A stretch of DNA of 64,000 nucleotides from Gnetum montanum. Lineage: Eukaryota; Plantae; Gnetophyta. How positions within the stretch are numbered: position 1 is the stretch's first letter; each line of letters begins with the position of its first letter. The notes under the pieces were generated by a model. It was not told where the DNA came from, made no database searches, and worked only from the letters and a program-made list of their open reading frames with translations. The stretch lies in the NCBI GenBank assembly GCA_015680685.1, contig MNCI01000690.1, positions 814,615 through 878,614 of the forward strand, read 5' to 3'. Of this stretch, positions 61,997-64,000 are shown one piece after another. Made by a program: the position numbers and the translations under genes.

Positions 61997-63945
61997 GGGT
62001 CTTAAGCCTTTTCTCCTTCTGGTTGAACTTGTCGGTGTGCTATCTTGGTTTGGCCCTTTGGAACTGAACATGCCTAGTTATGACATGCGGATCGGGGTGC
62101 ATGTAATATGGTTTCATCCGAATGTTGGTGCATTTTATCATTTATTTTGCAGAATTTCAGCATTGTCATATGGTCTCATTTGAGTGAGCAACTAACTCGT
62201 GATATTGTTGAGACCATGTTGCCCGGCTCAACACGAGGCATGTTAGCTTTTGTTGTTGACATAGACAAGGGACCATATATAGTCAAGGGGAGCACTCCCG
62301 AAGGTCCTAGATCTACATGTCCTTTGACCCGTGTGTGGGGATTGCCATCTTGCAGCAATTACAATAGTAGTAGCACACTTTTTCTAGCTTTTCGTGTACA
62401 TACACTATTCCAAAATCTGCCTGGAATAGTATACAGAGTAGACAAGTATGCTCTTTTATACTTGTATTAACTTTGGTTCCTTTAATCATTATATCATTGT
62501 TTATGTATGAATACCTTTTCTTTCACAGGCCCCATTTTGCTTAGCATGGATTGCATGAGGATGATAGCGGGCTTGCCTTAGTGCATACAGCCTTGGAGGC
62601 ATTCATGATGGGCCCCACTCTTCATGCTACGATGCTAGGCAAGACCAAGGATGCTATTGTCAATTATCCCAAGAAATTCTCTAGGGCCCTTGAATGTTGT
62701 CAAGTTCGTGGCTGGCTGCATGAGGATTGGTCTCCTAATGGGCCTGTTTTTCCTCAAACAGTTGATTCTACGGCAAGTGTGCCTACTCCATTAGCTAATG
62801 GTAAATGATTGTGTTCCAGGCTTGGTTTTCATTTTTTTTACATCATTACTTATCATATTCTTAATTTTTACTCAATGTGTCATGTGTCTTTTCTATAGCA
62901 GTCGTTCCCCTTGATGAGGTTACCGTCATATCCGATCGCACTGAGGCCACTCTCTTTATGAAGTTTGGAGAGACAGAGGAGTCACAACGGTGGCTGCACA
63001 AGAAGGCACCTGAACAAATCATCAACCATCTTACCAATGCAAGTTTGATGGACCTATTTACTGCCTTGACTCCTAATATTCCCATGATCGGAATGGTTTC
63101 CATCGTTGACTCTTTTAATGATGATGTCTCCTATTTTACTACACAAGTTTGGGAAGTTAAGGTGTCTTTCCACCTAACTGTCGATTTCTTTTCTGATCTT
63201 TTCAGTGTACCAACGGATGGTGCTAAGGTGGCGGTGGATAGAGGAACTAGAGAAGGCTGTGTGATCAAGGAACTTGAAAACTAGCTAGGTGTACCACGGG
63301 GTGCTAAGGGTTTTGCCATGCAAGCTGATACTCGCTTGACGGAGGTAAATTTTCTATACCCGCTCTTTACAGCACAAGCATTCCCTAAGTCTCTTTCCCA
63401 AGAAAGAAGTCTTGGGATTGATTCTGCATGTGTTATGCGCTCAGTCTTGGAGACTAGTATGTGCTACAATTGGATGCAATTCCTTATATTAGGTCTCCAT
63501 GGAGATATCATTAGGTTACGTTCCAATGTTTATGCTAAGTCCCACTTTACCTTTGCGTTTTTCACGAGCTATCTTCGTAGGTTTGCTAAGTTCTTAGTGG
63601 TCTATGAAGATAACCATTATGTGTTAAGGGATCGTTCACAGTTGTCTCACCCCTGGATTTATCATCTATTTAACAACACTAGATTCCAAGATCCACCTGA
63701 AGGCATCGAAGAATCTATCTCTGTCACGACATGGGGTGTAGCCAGTCGTTCCCACCATTCGCGTGATAGCTTGGGGTTGGAACCATCTAAACTGCACACA
63801 ACTATTAGGAGAGCTAAGCACTTGATTCAGGAGACTTTCAAGAAGGCCAAGGCTAAGGTGAAAAAGGCTGAGTGTTCGAGAGAACCTATTACGAAGGTGA
63901 GACCACCAAGGACAAAGAAGATTCGATTCATCTTGCCAGGAGTGG
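61997..63945 (+). pseudogene. Antisense multi-exon accessory gene of element E (exons 2-4 visible; continues beyond the window)
   Basis: Exons 61997-62445, 62529-62800 and 62899-63945 with GT-AG introns; phases match F where comparable. Reads LKPFLLLVELVGVLSW..FILQNFSIVIWS..STLFLAFRVHTLFQN. LRRFAKFLVV..DRSQLSHPWI..QDPPEGIEESISVTT matches F 49424-49600. One frameshift and a few stops. Confidence 0.8.
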
Positions 63946-64000
63946 GTAAGTTTTATTTTTGTTTGCTTTAAGTGTTTTTATCACTTTTGAATTTATTTGC

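Larger units (their letters stand above)
37664..64000 (-). mobile_element. Element E: Tat-type Ty3/gypsy element (3' LTR, 3' UTR, pol, antisense gene), split by element F and running off the right edge
   Basis: LTR 37664-39102, PPT ~39107-39116, pol 40616-41332 plus 57587-60124. The integrase reads through the F insertion site (RKTMSKH|VCNFILENIVTRFGIP). Confidence 0.88.

Overview
Heterochromatic land-plant-type DNA with no ordinary host gene. The window is a nest of six related Ty3/gypsy LTR retrotransposons of the Tat group (pol order RT - degenerate RH - archaeal-type RNase H - INT; LTRs TGAAACACC...TACA; PPT AAAGAGGGG), labelled A-F here, plus an endogenous caulimovirid (pararetrovirus) AP-RT-RH fragment at the left edge. 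Reconstructed nesting: old element C (+) hosts B (-), D (+) and E (-); A (+) sits in gag-PR of B; young element F (-, 41333-57586, TSD ACATG) sits in the integrase of E. Main finding: the multi-kb spacer between gag-PR and pol (about 5 kb in F, 6.6 kb in D) looks like an Ogre-type intron. It carries an antisense multi-exon gene (estimated ~1,100 aa) with an N-terminal FCP1/NIF-like (HAD, CTD-phosphatase-like) domain whose catalytic motifs are degenerate. Homologues occur in D, E and F with matching intron positions where testable, and a shorter version occurs in C. The families also carry distinct GCGT-core short motifs in their LTRs and spacers, TAAACTGG-core tandem arrays, and a covarying stem-loop over the PPT. 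All domain calls are by-eye motif recognition; no database search was run, and the host species cannot be identified from the sequence.
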